A DNA stretch of 64,000 nucleotides, taken from NCBI GenBank assembly GCA_963711655.1, contig CAVQEW010000015.1:241050-305049 (forward strand). Reading direction: 5' to 3'. This document shows, in pieces, positions 27,640 through 35,946 of the stretch (position 1 is its first letter; the number at the start of each line of letters is the position of its first letter). The notes under the pieces are model-generated. The model had not been told where the DNA came from and did no database searches. It worked only from the letters and a program-made list of their open reading frames with translations. This stretch comes from an uncultured Actinomycetota bacterium (lineage in GTDB: Bacteria > Actinomycetota > UBA4738 > HRBIN12). Both the position numbers and the translations under genes were made by a program.

Positions 27640-27669
27640 TTGACGGATGTCGGCGGCGGGACGTATCGT
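27640..27669 (+). promoter_or_regulatory. candidate sigma70-type promoter (TTGACG - 18 nt - TATCGT)
   Basis: TTGACG lies at 27640..27645 and TATCGT (TAnnnT) at 27664..27669. The pair sits directly upstream of the SOS box at 27681. Confidence 0.35.
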
Positions 27670-27680
27670 CCTCTCCCCAC

Positions 27681-27696
27681 CCGAACACCTGTTCGA
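27681..27696. promoter_or_regulatory. LexA-type SOS box (CCGAAC-ACCT-GTTCGA)
   Basis: 15 of 16 positions match the actinobacterial consensus TCGAAC-N4-GTTCGA. It lies 34 nt upstream of ATG 27730. Confidence 0.6.
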
Positions 27697-27729
27697 CCAA
27701 CAGTGCAGCGGCCAGGAGTTGGGAAGCGC

Positions 27730-27975
27730 ATGACGAAGCGGTTCGACGAGGAGGTGCAGGTCGAGCGGGACGGGGGGATGCCCTCAGGGTTCGAGTGGCG
27801 CGGTCGCCGCTACCGGGTCGTCGACGTGATCGGACGGTGGCGCATCGAGGGCCGCTGGTGGGAGGACGGCAGGGACCGCGAGTACTGGCGCGTCGAGGCT
27901 CGCGGCGGAGCCGTCTGGGACCTGTACCACGACCGCCAGCGTGACCGTTGGCACGTGGAACGCCTCTGGGATTGA
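27730..27975 (+). CDS. small Trp/Arg-rich protein resembling the C-terminal region of ImuB-type proteins (81 aa)
   Basis: This is the in-frame inner start of ORF 27532..27975, preceded by GGAG. The text is MTKRFDEEVQVERDGGMPSGFEWRGRRYRVVDVIGRWRIEGRWWEDGRDREYWRVEARGGAVWDLYHDRQRDRWHVERLWD. The pattern (RI.G.WW ... R[DE]Y[WF]RVE ... G ... W.L.R) is what I remember from ImuB C-termini. Confidence 0.55.
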   Translation: MTKRFDEEVQVERDGGMPSGFEWRGRRYRVVDVIGRWRIEGRWWEDGRDREYWRVEARGGAVWDLYHDRQRDRWHVERLWD

Positions 27976-27979
27976 GGGA

Positions 27980-29206
27980 TCAAGCTCGTTCGGCCAGCGC
28001 GTTCACGATCCGCTCCAGCGCCCATTCCAGGTCGCCTCGAGACACGACCAGCGGGGGTGCCAGTCGCACCGTGGTCTCGTGCGTGTCCTTCGCGAGGATC
28101 CCGAGCTCGAGGAGCCGCTCGCACACCGCGCGCGCGGGCGCGGCCTCCGGCGTGAGCTCGATCCCGAACCACAGGCCGCGGCCGCGCACCTGGGTCACCG
28201 ACGTGGGTGCCTCCTCGCGGAGTCGCTCGAGGAACCACGCCCCGAGGTCCTTCGAGCGCTGCTGATACTCACCGGTGCGCAGCAGGCGGAGCACCTCGAG
28301 CCCCACGGCGCATGCGATCGGGTTCCCGCCGAACGTGCTCCCGTGCTCGCCCGGGCGGAACACCCCGAGCACGTCGGCGCGCGAGACCACCGCCGAGACC
28401 GGGAGGATCCCTCCGCCGAGCGCCTTGCCGAGGAGGTACACGTCGGGCTTCACGTCCTCGTGATCGCAGGCGAACGTCGTGCCGGTGCGGCCGAGGCCGG
28501 TCTGGATCTCGTCGGCGATCATCAGCACGTTCCGCTCCGTGCAGAGCCGCCGCACTTCGCGCAGATAGCCCTCGGGAGGGATCACGACGCCCGCCTCTCC
28601 CTGGATGGGCTCGACCAGGAACGCGACGACATCGGGGTCCTCGAGGGCGGTGGCGAGCGCGCCGGCGTCGCCGTAGGGGATCGAGACGAACCCCGGGGTG
28701 AACGGGCCGAAGCCACCGGTCGCCGAGGGGTCGGACGAGAACCCGACGATCGTGATCGTGCGTCCGTGGAAGTTGCCGTCACACACGACGATCTTCGCGC
28801 GACCCTCGGGAACACCCTTCACGTCGTAGCCCCAACGGCGTGCCGTCTTGAGCGCGGTCTCCACGGCCTCAGCGCCGGAGTTCATCGCGAGGACCATGTC
28901 CGTTCCGCAGAGCTCGGCGAGCTGCTCGCAGAACGGACCGAACAGATCGTGATGGAACGCGCGAGAGGTGAGTGTGACCCGGTCGAGTTGCTCCTTGGCG
29001 GCGCGGATCAGATCGGGATGGCGGTGACCGAAGTTCAGCGCCGAGTAGGCGGCGAGCATGTCCAGGTATCGCTTGCCTTCCACGTCGGTCACCCAGGCGC
29101 CCTCGGCCTCCGCCACGACGACGGGGAGCGGGTGGTAGTTGTGCGCGCTGTGGCGTTCGACGAGCTCGATCAACTCGGCCGATCCGAGCTTCGGTTCCGT
29201 CTTCAT
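27980..29206 (-). CDS. rocD: ornithine--oxo-acid aminotransferase
   Basis: The start ATG 29206 (MKTEPKLGSAELIELVERHSAHNYHPLPVV) follows GGAGG. Motifs are NSGAEAVE, DGNFHGRT, EPIQGEAGV, ADEIQTGLGRTG, LGKALGGG and STFGGNP. Confidence 0.88.
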   Translation of the reverse strand: MKTEPKLGSAELIELVERHSAHNYHPLPVVVAEAEGAWVTDVEGKRYLDMLAAYSALNFGHRHPDLIRAAKEQLDRVTLTSRAFHHDLFGPFCEQLAELCGTDMVLAMNSGAEAVETALKTARRWGYDVKGVPEGRAKIVVCDGNFHGRTITIVGFSSDPSATGGFGPFTPGFVSIPYGDAGALATALEDPDVVAFLVEPIQGEAGVVIPPEGYLREVRRLCTERNVLMIADEIQTGLGRTGTTFACDHEDVKPDVYLLGKALGGGILPVSAVVSRADVLGVFRPGEHGSTFGGNPIACAVGLEVLRLLRTGEYQQRSKDLGAWFLERLREEAPTSVTQVRGRGLWFGIELTPEAAPARAVCERLLELGILAKDTHETTVRLAPPLVVSRGDLEWALERIVNALAERA

Positions 29207-29303
29207 TCCGATCCTCCGGATGTCCGATCCTCTGGGGCCTCGAGGAGAACGGCGCACGACGCGCGCTGGCGCAGATGATACGGGTCGCAGCTCGCCCGAG
29301 CGC

Positions 29304-30569
29304 TCACTCCTCGCTCAGGTTCGGCGAGGCGGCGGGTTCGAGACGCGCCGCCTGCAGCGTGAGGTAACGGCGCTCAGGCACGCTCGCGGTCCGCGTGGCC
29401 GCTCGTCGGTACGCGTCGCGAGCGGCGTCGACATCGCCGGCCAGCTCGAGGAGATGGCCTCGGACGGCGTCGAGCCGATGCGTGTGGGTCATGCGATCGT
29501 CGTCCTCGAGGGTCCCGAGGAGGGCGAGACCCGCTCGGGGTCCGTGGACCATCGCGACGGCCACCGCGCGGTTCAACGTGACGACGGGGCCCGGCGAGAC
29601 GCGCTCCAGGACCTCGTAGAGCGCAAGGATCTGCGGCCAGTCGGTCGTCTCCGCCGTCGGCGCTTCGTCGTGGATCGCGGCGATCGCCGCTTGGAGCTGA
29701 TACGGGCCGATCGCCGTCGTCCCGAGCGTCTCGGTCACGAGCGACACGCCCTCGTCGATCTGGGCCAGGTTCCAGAGCTCCCGGCGCTGCTTCGCGAGCG
29801 GCACGAGGGAGCCGTCCTCGTCGGCGCGGGCGGCCCGCCGCGCATCGGTCAGCAGCATCAGGGCGAGGAGGCCCGCCACCTCGCCGTCGGCGGGCATGAG
29901 CCGATGGAGCAACCGCGTGAGGCGGATCGCCTCCGTCGTGAGATCCGCCCGCACGACGCCGGGTCCCGCGGTCGCGGCGTACCCCTCGTTGAAGACGAGG
30001 TAGAGCACGTGCAGGACGACACGCAGTCGCTCGGCGCGCTCCTGCTCCGGCGGGAGGTCGAAGCGCGCTCCCGTCTCCCTGATGCGTTGCTTCGCGCGGC
30101 TGATCCGCTGCGCCATCGTGGCCTCGGGCACGAGGAACGCCTTGGCGATCTCCCCGGTCGTGAGCCCGCCCACGGCCCGCAGCGTGAGCGCGAGCTGCGA
30201 CGGGACCGACAGCGCGGGATGGCAGCAGAGGAACAGGAGCGTGAGCGTGTCGTCACGGTCGGGCAGCTGATCGGAAGCAGGGACCACCTCCATCGCGGCG
30301 GTGGTCGCCTCCCGACGCCGGCGCGCGCTCTCGCTCCGCCACTCGTCGACGAGGCGTCGGGAGGCGACCGTGACGAGCCACGACCGAGGGTTGTCGGGGA
30401 CACCGTCTTCGGTCCACTGCACCCCTGCCGCGAGCGACGCCTCCTGGACGGCGTCCTCGCACGCGTCGAACTGGCCATAGCGGCGGACCAACGTCCCGAG
30501 GACCTGCGGCGCGAGCTCCCGCAGCAGGTCCTCGATCCCTTCCCGCGAGGTCAGGGGGCCGGTCGTCAG
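29304..30569 (-). CDS. ECF sigma factor with a long C-terminal TPR-like extension (ECF42-type); start codon not canonical as sequenced
   Basis: The ORF track starts at TTG 30491 (VRRYGQFDACEDAVQEA...NPRSWLVTVASRRLVDEWR...LLFLCCHPAL...GLTTGEIAKAFLVPEATMAQRISRAK...), followed by a roughly 200-aa helical extension. The same frame reads LTSREGIEDLLRELAPQVLGT upstream (sigma region 2.1-like) with no ATG/GTG/TTG. A CTG at 30569..30567 overlaps the upstream stop (CTGA). Confidence 0.8.
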   Translation of the reverse strand: MTTGPLTSREGIEDLLRELAPQVLGTLVRRYGQFDACEDAVQEASLAAGVQWTEDGVPDNPRSWLVTVASRRLVDEWRSESARRRREATTAAMEVVPASDQLPDRDDTLTLLFLCCHPALSVPSQLALTLRAVGGLTTGEIAKAFLVPEATMAQRISRAKQRIRETGARFDLPPEQERAERLRVVLHVLYLVFNEGYAATAGPGVVRADLTTEAIRLTRLLHRLMPADGEVAGLLALMLLTDARRAARADEDGSLVPLAKQRRELWNLAQIDEGVSLVTETLGTTAIGPYQLQAAIAAIHDEAPTAETTDWPQILALYEVLERVSPGPVVTLNRAVAVAMVHGPRAGLALLGTLEDDDRMTHTHRLDAVRGHLLELAGDVDAARDAYRRAATRTASVPERRYLTLQAARLEPAASPNLSEE

Positions 30570-30928
30570 AACTCCGGTGGCGCGTCCATGACCTGGCGGA
30601 CCTCGACGGGCCCCTCGATGAACGCGACGATCTTGGATGCGAACTCGAGCGCCCGGGACTCGTCCTCGACGTCGATGATCCAGTAGCCGGCGAGGGACTC
30701 TTTCGATTCGGCGAACGGGCCGTCGGTGGGAACGGGGATCCCGTCCTTGATGACGACGGTCTTCGCCTGGGACGCATCCGCGAGCCCCGCGTCGAAGACA
30801 TGCTCGCCCGACTCCTTGAGATCCAGGTCGACCTGGGTCATGAACTCGATCATCTCCTTGATCCAGTCCAGTGACCTGGTCTCCATCATGGTGGCCTGAT
30901 CCCCGAACATCATGACCATGTACTTCAT
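30566..30928 (-). CDS. YCII-related / DGPF-domain protein
   Basis: The start ATG 30928 (MKYMVMMFGDQ) lies 8 nt after AAGGGAG. It contains ...GIPVPTDGPFAESKESLAGYWIIDVEDESRALEFA..., with the DGPF motif. Confidence 0.8.
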   Translation of the reverse strand: MKYMVMMFGDQATMMETRSLDWIKEMIEFMTQVDLDLKESGEHVFDAGLADASQAKTVVIKDGIPVPTDGPFAESKESLAGYWIIDVEDESRALEFASKIVAFIEGPVEVRQVMDAPPEF

Positions 30929-30974
30929 CGGCATGCTCCCTTCGCTCGTCGGTTCTCCGCGCTGTCGACCGTGA

Positions 30975-31001
30975 GTCGGAACCGACGCGCCGTTCTCGAC
31001 A
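30975..31001 (-). promoter_or_regulatory. candidate ECF-type promoter TGTCGA-N17-CGAC upstream of the DGPF-sigma operon
   Basis: The minus strand reads TGTCGA (31001..30996), 17 nt, then CGAC (30978..30975), about 45 nt upstream of ATG 30928. I recall a TGTCGA -35 / CGTC-like -10 motif for ECF42 targets, but this recollection is unverified. Confidence 0.35.
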
Positions 31002-31008
31002 TCGAGCG

Positions 31009-31251
31009 TCAGCCCGTGTAGCCCTCCACGGTCCGAGGGTCGCGGACGGTGGCCTGGTCGGGGTCCTGGCCGGCGGCGCGCCTGGCCCGGCGCTGGTGGA
31101 GGAGATCCCAGCACTGGTCCAGGGTCACGCCGAGGTCTTGGAGCCGCTCCTGCTCGGCCGCGGTGATCTCTCCGCGCCCTTCGCGCTCCCAGAGCTCGTG
31201 CTCCTCGTGCGCGATCTCGTTGATCCGTGCGATCACCTTTTCGTCGTCCAT
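31009..31251 (-). CDS. DUF2630-like small protein
   Basis: 80 aa. The text is MDDEKVIARINEIAHEEHELWEREGRGEITAAEQERLQDLGVTLDQCWDLLHQRRARRAAGQDPDQATVRDPRTVEGYTG. The pattern matches my memory of DUF2630. Confidence 0.6.
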   Translation of the reverse strand: MDDEKVIARINEIAHEEHELWEREGRGEITAAEQERLQDLGVTLDQCWDLLHQRRARRAAGQDPDQATVRDPRTVEGYTG

Positions 31252-31377
31252 GGCGGCTCTCCTCCTGGTGGGTGGTCGGTGCGTGGGTCGCCCCCAGCCT
31301 AGACAGGAGTAACCCGAACGGTGGCCGAGACGGCGGTCGAGAAACGCCTAGACACGAGAGGCAGGGGAGGCCTACTA

Positions 31378-31393
31378 TCGAACAGGTGTTCGA
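31378..31393. promoter_or_regulatory. LexA SOS box, perfect TCGAAC-AGGT-GTTCGA
   Basis: This is a perfect match to the actinobacterial/mycobacterial SOS box consensus TCGAAC-N4-GTTCGA. It overlaps the likely dnaE2 start GTG 31386. Confidence 0.75.
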
Positions 31394-34300
31394 CTCCCGA
31401 GGGTTCGCCCATCTCGACGTCCGGTCCGCCTTCTCCCTGAAGGAGGGGGCGTTCGTGCCGGAGCATCTGGCGGCCCTCGCGGCCGAGATGGGGATGCCGG
31501 CGGTGGCGCTCTGCGATCGGGACGGGCTCTACGGAGCCGCTCGGTTCGTCGCGGCGTGTGCTCGGGAAGGCGTTCGGCCGATCCTCGGAGGTTCGCTCAC
31601 GGTCCGGGAGCGAGGCCGCGATGCCCCGCTCGTCCTCCTCGCGCAGGACGAGCGGGGCTACGCCAACCTCTGCCGGCTGATCACCGACGCGCACATGCTG
31701 GGTGAGCGCGGCGATCCGGCGATCACCGCGACGCAGGTGTGCGCGCACGCCGCCGGTCTCATCGCGATCGCCGGTCCGCGTTCGCACGCGGGCCGGCTCG
31801 CCGTTCGTGGACGTACCGATGCGGCCGCGGATGCCCTCCACCCCTTCCGCGAAGCGTTCGGACGCGACCGTCTCTACCTCGCCGCCGAACACCGGATGGA
31901 GCGCGACTCGAACGCGGAGATCCGCTCGATGCTCCGGCTTGCCGATCGCGCGGAGGTCCGCGCGGTCGCCACGAACCCGGTCCGCTACCTCGTGCCCGAG
32001 GACGCGTTCCTCGCCGACGCGCTCGAGTGCATGCGCGAGATCGTGCCGATCGCCGCGAATCACGTCTCACGGAGGAACGCCGAGGGGTGGCTGAAGCCGG
32101 CCGAGGCGATGCGCCTGCTGTTCGCCGAGCGTCCCGATCTCTGCGACGCGACGCTCGAGATCGCCGAGACGTGCCGCTTCGACCTCGGGCTGAAGCGGGT
32201 CCACTTCCCGGAGTTCCCGACGCCGGCGGGACGCAGCGCCGACACGGTCCTCGCCGAACGATGCTGGGCAGGCGTCCACGACCGGGGGATGACCGAGGAC
32301 GAGCGCCTGCGCGAGCGGATCCACCTCGAGCTCTCGATGATCCGGCGGATGGGCTACGCGGCCTTCTTCCTCACGGTCGCCGACATCACGGCGGACATCC
32401 GCGCGATGGGGATCCACGTCTCGTGCCGCGGGAGCGCCGCGGGGTCCCTGGTCTGCTACCTCCTACGGATCTCCGACGTCGACGCGCTCCGCCACGACCT
32501 CGCGTTCGAACGCTTCCTGAACCCGATGCGCGACGAGCTCCCGGACATCGACGTCGACGTCGAATCGGCACGGCGCGAGGACGTCTACGACATGGTGCTG
32601 TCTCGCCACGGCGACGAGCGGACCGGGTGCGTCGCGATGATCGACACCTATCGCGCACGCTCGGCGGTGCGTGAGGTCGGCAAGGCGCTCGGCCTGCCGG
32701 AGGTCGAGGTCGGGATGGTGGCGAAGTCCTTCCCGCACATCTCGGCACACAACCTGCGGGAGGCACTCGCCCAGCTGCCGGAGCTCGACGGGATCAACCT
32801 CCCGATGGCCCAGCTCGAGCTGCTGTTCCGCGTGGCCGAGCGCCTCGACGGCTTCCCGCGTCACATCGCGCTGCATCCCTGCGGGATCGTGCTGTCCTCC
32901 CACGATCTGGTCGACCGGGTGCCGCTGGAGCGTTCCGCGAACGGCCACCGGATGATCCAGGCCGACAAGGACGACGTCGAGCTGCTCGGCTACCTGAAGC
33001 TCGACGTCCTCGGCGTGCGGATGCTCTCGTCGATGCGCCACGCGACGGACGAGATCGCGCGGACGATGGGGGAGAAGGTCGACCTCGAGCGGATCCCCCT
33101 CGACGACGAGGTCACGTTCGAGATGATCCGCGCCTCCGACACGCTCGGGTGCTTCCAGATCGAGTCTCCCGGCCAGCGCGAGCTGCTCCAGAAGCTCCAG
33201 CCCAGCCGGTGGGAGGACCTGATCGTCGACATCTCGCTGTTCCGTCCCGGCCCGGTGAAGTCCGACATGATCACGCCGTACCTGCGGCGGCGCGCGAGCT
33301 TCGAGTCGCCGGTCTACGTCCACCCCGACCTGCGCCCGGCCCTGCGGGAGACGTTCGGCGTGATCGTCTACCACGAGCAGGTGATGCGGACGCTCGCCGC
33401 GATCGCCGGTTGGAGCCTCACCTACGCCGACCACGTGCGCCGTCACCTCGACCACGAGGAGCTGGTGCCCGGCTTCCGCGAGGAGTTCCTCCGGCGCGCA
33501 GGCGAGCGAGGGGTGGACGAAGTGGCCGCGGAGCGGACCTGGGACGCCGTGGCCCAGTTCGCGTCCTTCGGGTTCTGCAAGGCCCACGCGGCGGCGTTCG
33601 CGGTGCCGACGTACCGGAGCGCCTGGTTGAAGGCGCACTACCCGGCGCAGTTCCTGGCCGGGATCCTCACGCACGACCCGGGGATGTACCCGCGGCGGGC
33701 GTTGCTGGACGACGCGCGCCGTCACGCCATCCCGATCCTGCCGCTGGACGTGAACGTGAGCGAGCCCGAGTACACGGCGGAAGAGGTCGGAGGAGGGGAG
33801 TACGGCATCCGGCTGGCGCTCCAGGACGTCCACGGGATCTCCGACGGCGAGATCCGTTCGATCCTGATCGCTCGCGCCGAACGACCGTTCACGAACGTCG
33901 AAGACTTCCTGCGGCGGACCTCGGTCGCCAGACCGGTGGTCGAGACGCTCGCGCACGCCGGCGCGTTCGATGCGCTCTCGGGGAGCAACCGTCGCGGCCA
34001 TCTCTTCACCGCGATCACCGCCGAGGCCGCGCGCGAGGGAGACCAGCTCCGGCTGTCGCTCGACGCACCCGTTGCGACCACGACTGGAGACGGTTCGACC
34101 GGCGTCGCCGGCGTCGCAGGCTTCGCCTTCCGGGACTACACCGACGCCGAGGTGGTGCGCGCGGAGCTCGAGGTCCTCGGGCTGGACGCCACCCGGCACA
34201 TCGTGAGCTTCTACGAGCCGCTGCTGCGCGACCTCGGCGTCACGCGTTCGGAAGACGTGTGGCGATGCCGGGCGAACCAGTGGGTGATGGTGGCCGGTGT

Positions 34301-34637
34301 GAAGGTCTCCTCGCAGACCCCCGCGATCCGCAGCGGCCAGCGGATCATCTTCGTCACGCTCGACGACGGGACCGGTCCGCTCGAGGTCACGGTCTTCGAG
34401 TCCGTGCAGCCGAAGGTGGCCAAGACCGTGTTCCACGCGTTCGCGATGGTGGTGTGGGGGCAGGTCCGTCGGACCGGCCGTCGGGGCGTGAGCGTGGTCG
34501 CCGAGGAGGTCTGGGACCTCACGGCGCTGCATCGAGCCCGCGCCGACGGCACGCTCCGCGAGGCGATGGCGGGCCCGGTGCTGCCGACCAGCCCGGACCG
34601 CCGGCTGTGGCACTCGAGCCCCGGGTCTGCAGGCTGA
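31386..34637 (+). CDS. dnaE2: error-prone DNA polymerase III alpha-subunit paralogue (DnaE2-like)
   Basis: It lies in the frame of ORF 31227..34637, and I prefer GTG 31386 (VFDSRGFAHLDVRSAFSLKEGA...ALCDRDGLYGAARF), the PHP-domain start. About 1083 aa, intact. It has SCRGSAAGSLVCYLL, PDIDVDV, FQIESPGQREL and GFCKAHAAAFA. The length and the SOS box argue for DnaE2 rather than DnaE1. Confidence 0.85.
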   Translation: MFDSRGFAHLDVRSAFSLKEGAFVPEHLAALAAEMGMPAVALCDRDGLYGAARFVAACAREGVRPILGGSLTVRERGRDAPLVLLAQDERGYANLCRLITDAHMLGERGDPAITATQVCAHAAGLIAIAGPRSHAGRLAVRGRTDAAADALHPFREAFGRDRLYLAAEHRMERDSNAEIRSMLRLADRAEVRAVATNPVRYLVPEDAFLADALECMREIVPIAANHVSRRNAEGWLKPAEAMRLLFAERPDLCDATLEIAETCRFDLGLKRVHFPEFPTPAGRSADTVLAERCWAGVHDRGMTEDERLRERIHLELSMIRRMGYAAFFLTVADITADIRAMGIHVSCRGSAAGSLVCYLLRISDVDALRHDLAFERFLNPMRDELPDIDVDVESARREDVYDMVLSRHGDERTGCVAMIDTYRARSAVREVGKALGLPEVEVGMVAKSFPHISAHNLREALAQLPELDGINLPMAQLELLFRVAERLDGFPRHIALHPCGIVLSSHDLVDRVPLERSANGHRMIQADKDDVELLGYLKLDVLGVRMLSSMRHATDEIARTMGEKVDLERIPLDDEVTFEMIRASDTLGCFQIESPGQRELLQKLQPSRWEDLIVDISLFRPGPVKSDMITPYLRRRASFESPVYVHPDLRPALRETFGVIVYHEQVMRTLAAIAGWSLTYADHVRRHLDHEELVPGFREEFLRRAGERGVDEVAAERTWDAVAQFASFGFCKAHAAAFAVPTYRSAWLKAHYPAQFLAGILTHDPGMYPRRALLDDARRHAIPILPLDVNVSEPEYTAEEVGGGEYGIRLALQDVHGISDGEIRSILIARAERPFTNVEDFLRRTSVARPVVETLAHAGAFDALSGSNRRGHLFTAITAEAAREGDQLRLSLDAPVATTTGDGSTGVAGVAGFAFRDYTDAEVVRAELEVLGLDATRHIVSFYEPLLRDLGVTRSEDVWRCRANQWVMVAGVKVSSQTPAIRSGQRIIFVTLDDGTGPLEVTVFESVQPKVAKTVFHAFAMVVWGQVRRTGRRGVSVVAEEVWDLTALHRARADGTLREAMAGPVLPTSPDRRLWHSSPGSAG

Positions 34638-34670
34638 TGGGATCTGCAGGCTGATGGGTCTGTGGGCTGA
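34626..34670 (+). repeat. 17-nt tandem repeat (about 2.7 copies) at the dnaE2 stop / dinB start
   Basis: TCTGCAGGCTGATGGG occurs at 34626..34641 and again at 34643..34658, followed by the degenerate TCTGTGGGCTGA. The dnaE2 stop (TGA 34635..34637) lies in copy 1 and the dinB ATG (34654) in copy 2. Confidence 0.8.
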
Positions 34671-35877
34671 CGTTCCGCGGGATGATGTCGTCGTGAGCCC
34701 TCCCGACCGGCCTCCCGAGCCGATCCTGCATGTCGATCTCGACGCGTTCTACGCCTCGGTCGCGATCCTCAAGGACCCGTCGCTCAAGGGGAAGCCGGTG
34801 ATCGTCGGCGGGACCGGTTCGCGAGGGGTCGTCACCAGCGCGTCGTACGAGGCGAGGCGGTACGGGGTGCGCAGCGCGATGCCGTCGGTCCGCGCGCGCC
34901 GTCTGTGTCCGGAGGGCATCTTCCTCCCACCGGACTTCGACGCCTATCGCGTGCATTCGATCCGCTTCCGGGAGGTCCTGCTCGCCCACACCCCGCTCGT
35001 GGAGCCGATCTCCCTCGACGAGGCGTTCCTGGACGTGGGCGGCGCCACCATGCTGTTCGGCTCCCCGGTCGCGATCGCCACGAGGATCCGGCAGGAGGTC
35101 GCTCGGGAGGTCGGGGTCACCTGCTCGGTGGGCATCGCCCCGACCAAGTTCGTCGCGAAGCTCGCCTCGGACGGATGCAAGCCCGACGGGCTGCTCCACG
35201 TGCCCACCGCGGAGGTCGCGGCCTACCTCGAACCGCTCCCCGTCGGGCGGCTCTGGGGCGTGGGGGAGAAGACGGCGGAGCTGTTGGGGCGCTTGGCGAT
35301 CCGCACCGTCGGGGACCTCGGGAGGACGCCCGAGACGATCCTCGAGCGCCTCATCGGAGCGGCGTCGGCGCGCCACCTGGGAGCGCTGGCCCGAGGGATC
35401 GACGACCGCCCGGTCGAGCCCTACGAGCAACCGAAGTCGATCGGGCACGAGGAGACGTTCGATCGCGATCTCGACGACGAGGACGAGATCCTGCGTGAGC
35501 TGCTGGCGCTGTCGGGGCGCGTGGCTGCTCGCCTCCGCGAGGACGGGTACCGGTCCAGGACCGTCACGCTGAAGGTCCGGCTCGCGAACTTCACGACGCT
35601 CACCCGGTCACGGACGCAGGCCGATCCCACGGATCTGGGCGGAGATCTCCATCGGATCGTGTCCGAGCTCTACCGGAACCTTCCGGGAACGAGGCGACGG
35701 GTGCGGCTGCTCGGCGTCCAGGCGGCCGGGCTGGTGCCGGGAGGCGCGCAGCAGCTGGCGCTGTTGGACTCCGAGCGTTGGGGCGACGTGGAGCGCACCG
35801 TCGACCGCATCGAGCGCCGCTTCGGTCCCGGCGCCGCGGGACCGGGGAGCCTCCTGGATCGGGGCCGCCGCCGGTAG
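34654..35877 (+). CDS. dinB: Y-family DNA polymerase IV with intact catalytic carboxylates
   Basis: 407 aa. It has ILHVDLDAFYASVAIL, VTSASYEARRYGVRSAM, ISLDEAFLDV and GIAPTKFVAKLAS. An alternative start is GTG 34693. Confidence 0.88.
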   Translation: MGLWADVPRDDVVVSPPDRPPEPILHVDLDAFYASVAILKDPSLKGKPVIVGGTGSRGVVTSASYEARRYGVRSAMPSVRARRLCPEGIFLPPDFDAYRVHSIRFREVLLAHTPLVEPISLDEAFLDVGGATMLFGSPVAIATRIRQEVAREVGVTCSVGIAPTKFVAKLASDGCKPDGLLHVPTAEVAAYLEPLPVGRLWGVGEKTAELLGRLAIRTVGDLGRTPETILERLIGAASARHLGALARGIDDRPVEPYEQPKSIGHEETFDRDLDDEDEILRELLALSGRVAARLREDGYRSRTVTLKVRLANFTTLTRSRTQADPTDLGGDLHRIVSELYRNLPGTRRRVRLLGVQAAGLVPGGAQQLALLDSERWGDVERTVDRIERRFGPGAAGPGSLLDRGRRR

Positions 35878-35878
35878 G

Positions 35879-35908
35879 TTCCACTCAGTCGGGACCCGTC
35901 TCTATAAT
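35879..35908 (+). promoter_or_regulatory. candidate promoter with a perfect TATAAT -10
   Basis: TATAAT lies at 35903..35908 in very GC-rich DNA, 39 nt upstream of ATG 35947. The -35 (TTCCAC, 35879..35884) is weak. The flanking inverted repeat is GACCCGT ... ACGGGTC. Confidence 0.3.
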
Positions 35909-35946
35909 CGTCGGGAACGGGTCGTTCTCCCACGGCCGGAGGTGCG

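Noticed and set aside
35915-35927. GAAC-GGGTC-GTTC upstream of the DUF3040 gene as a third SOS box.
   Set aside because: The spacer is 5 nt rather than 4. The flanking bases do not match TCGAAC/GTTCGA. I did not count it.
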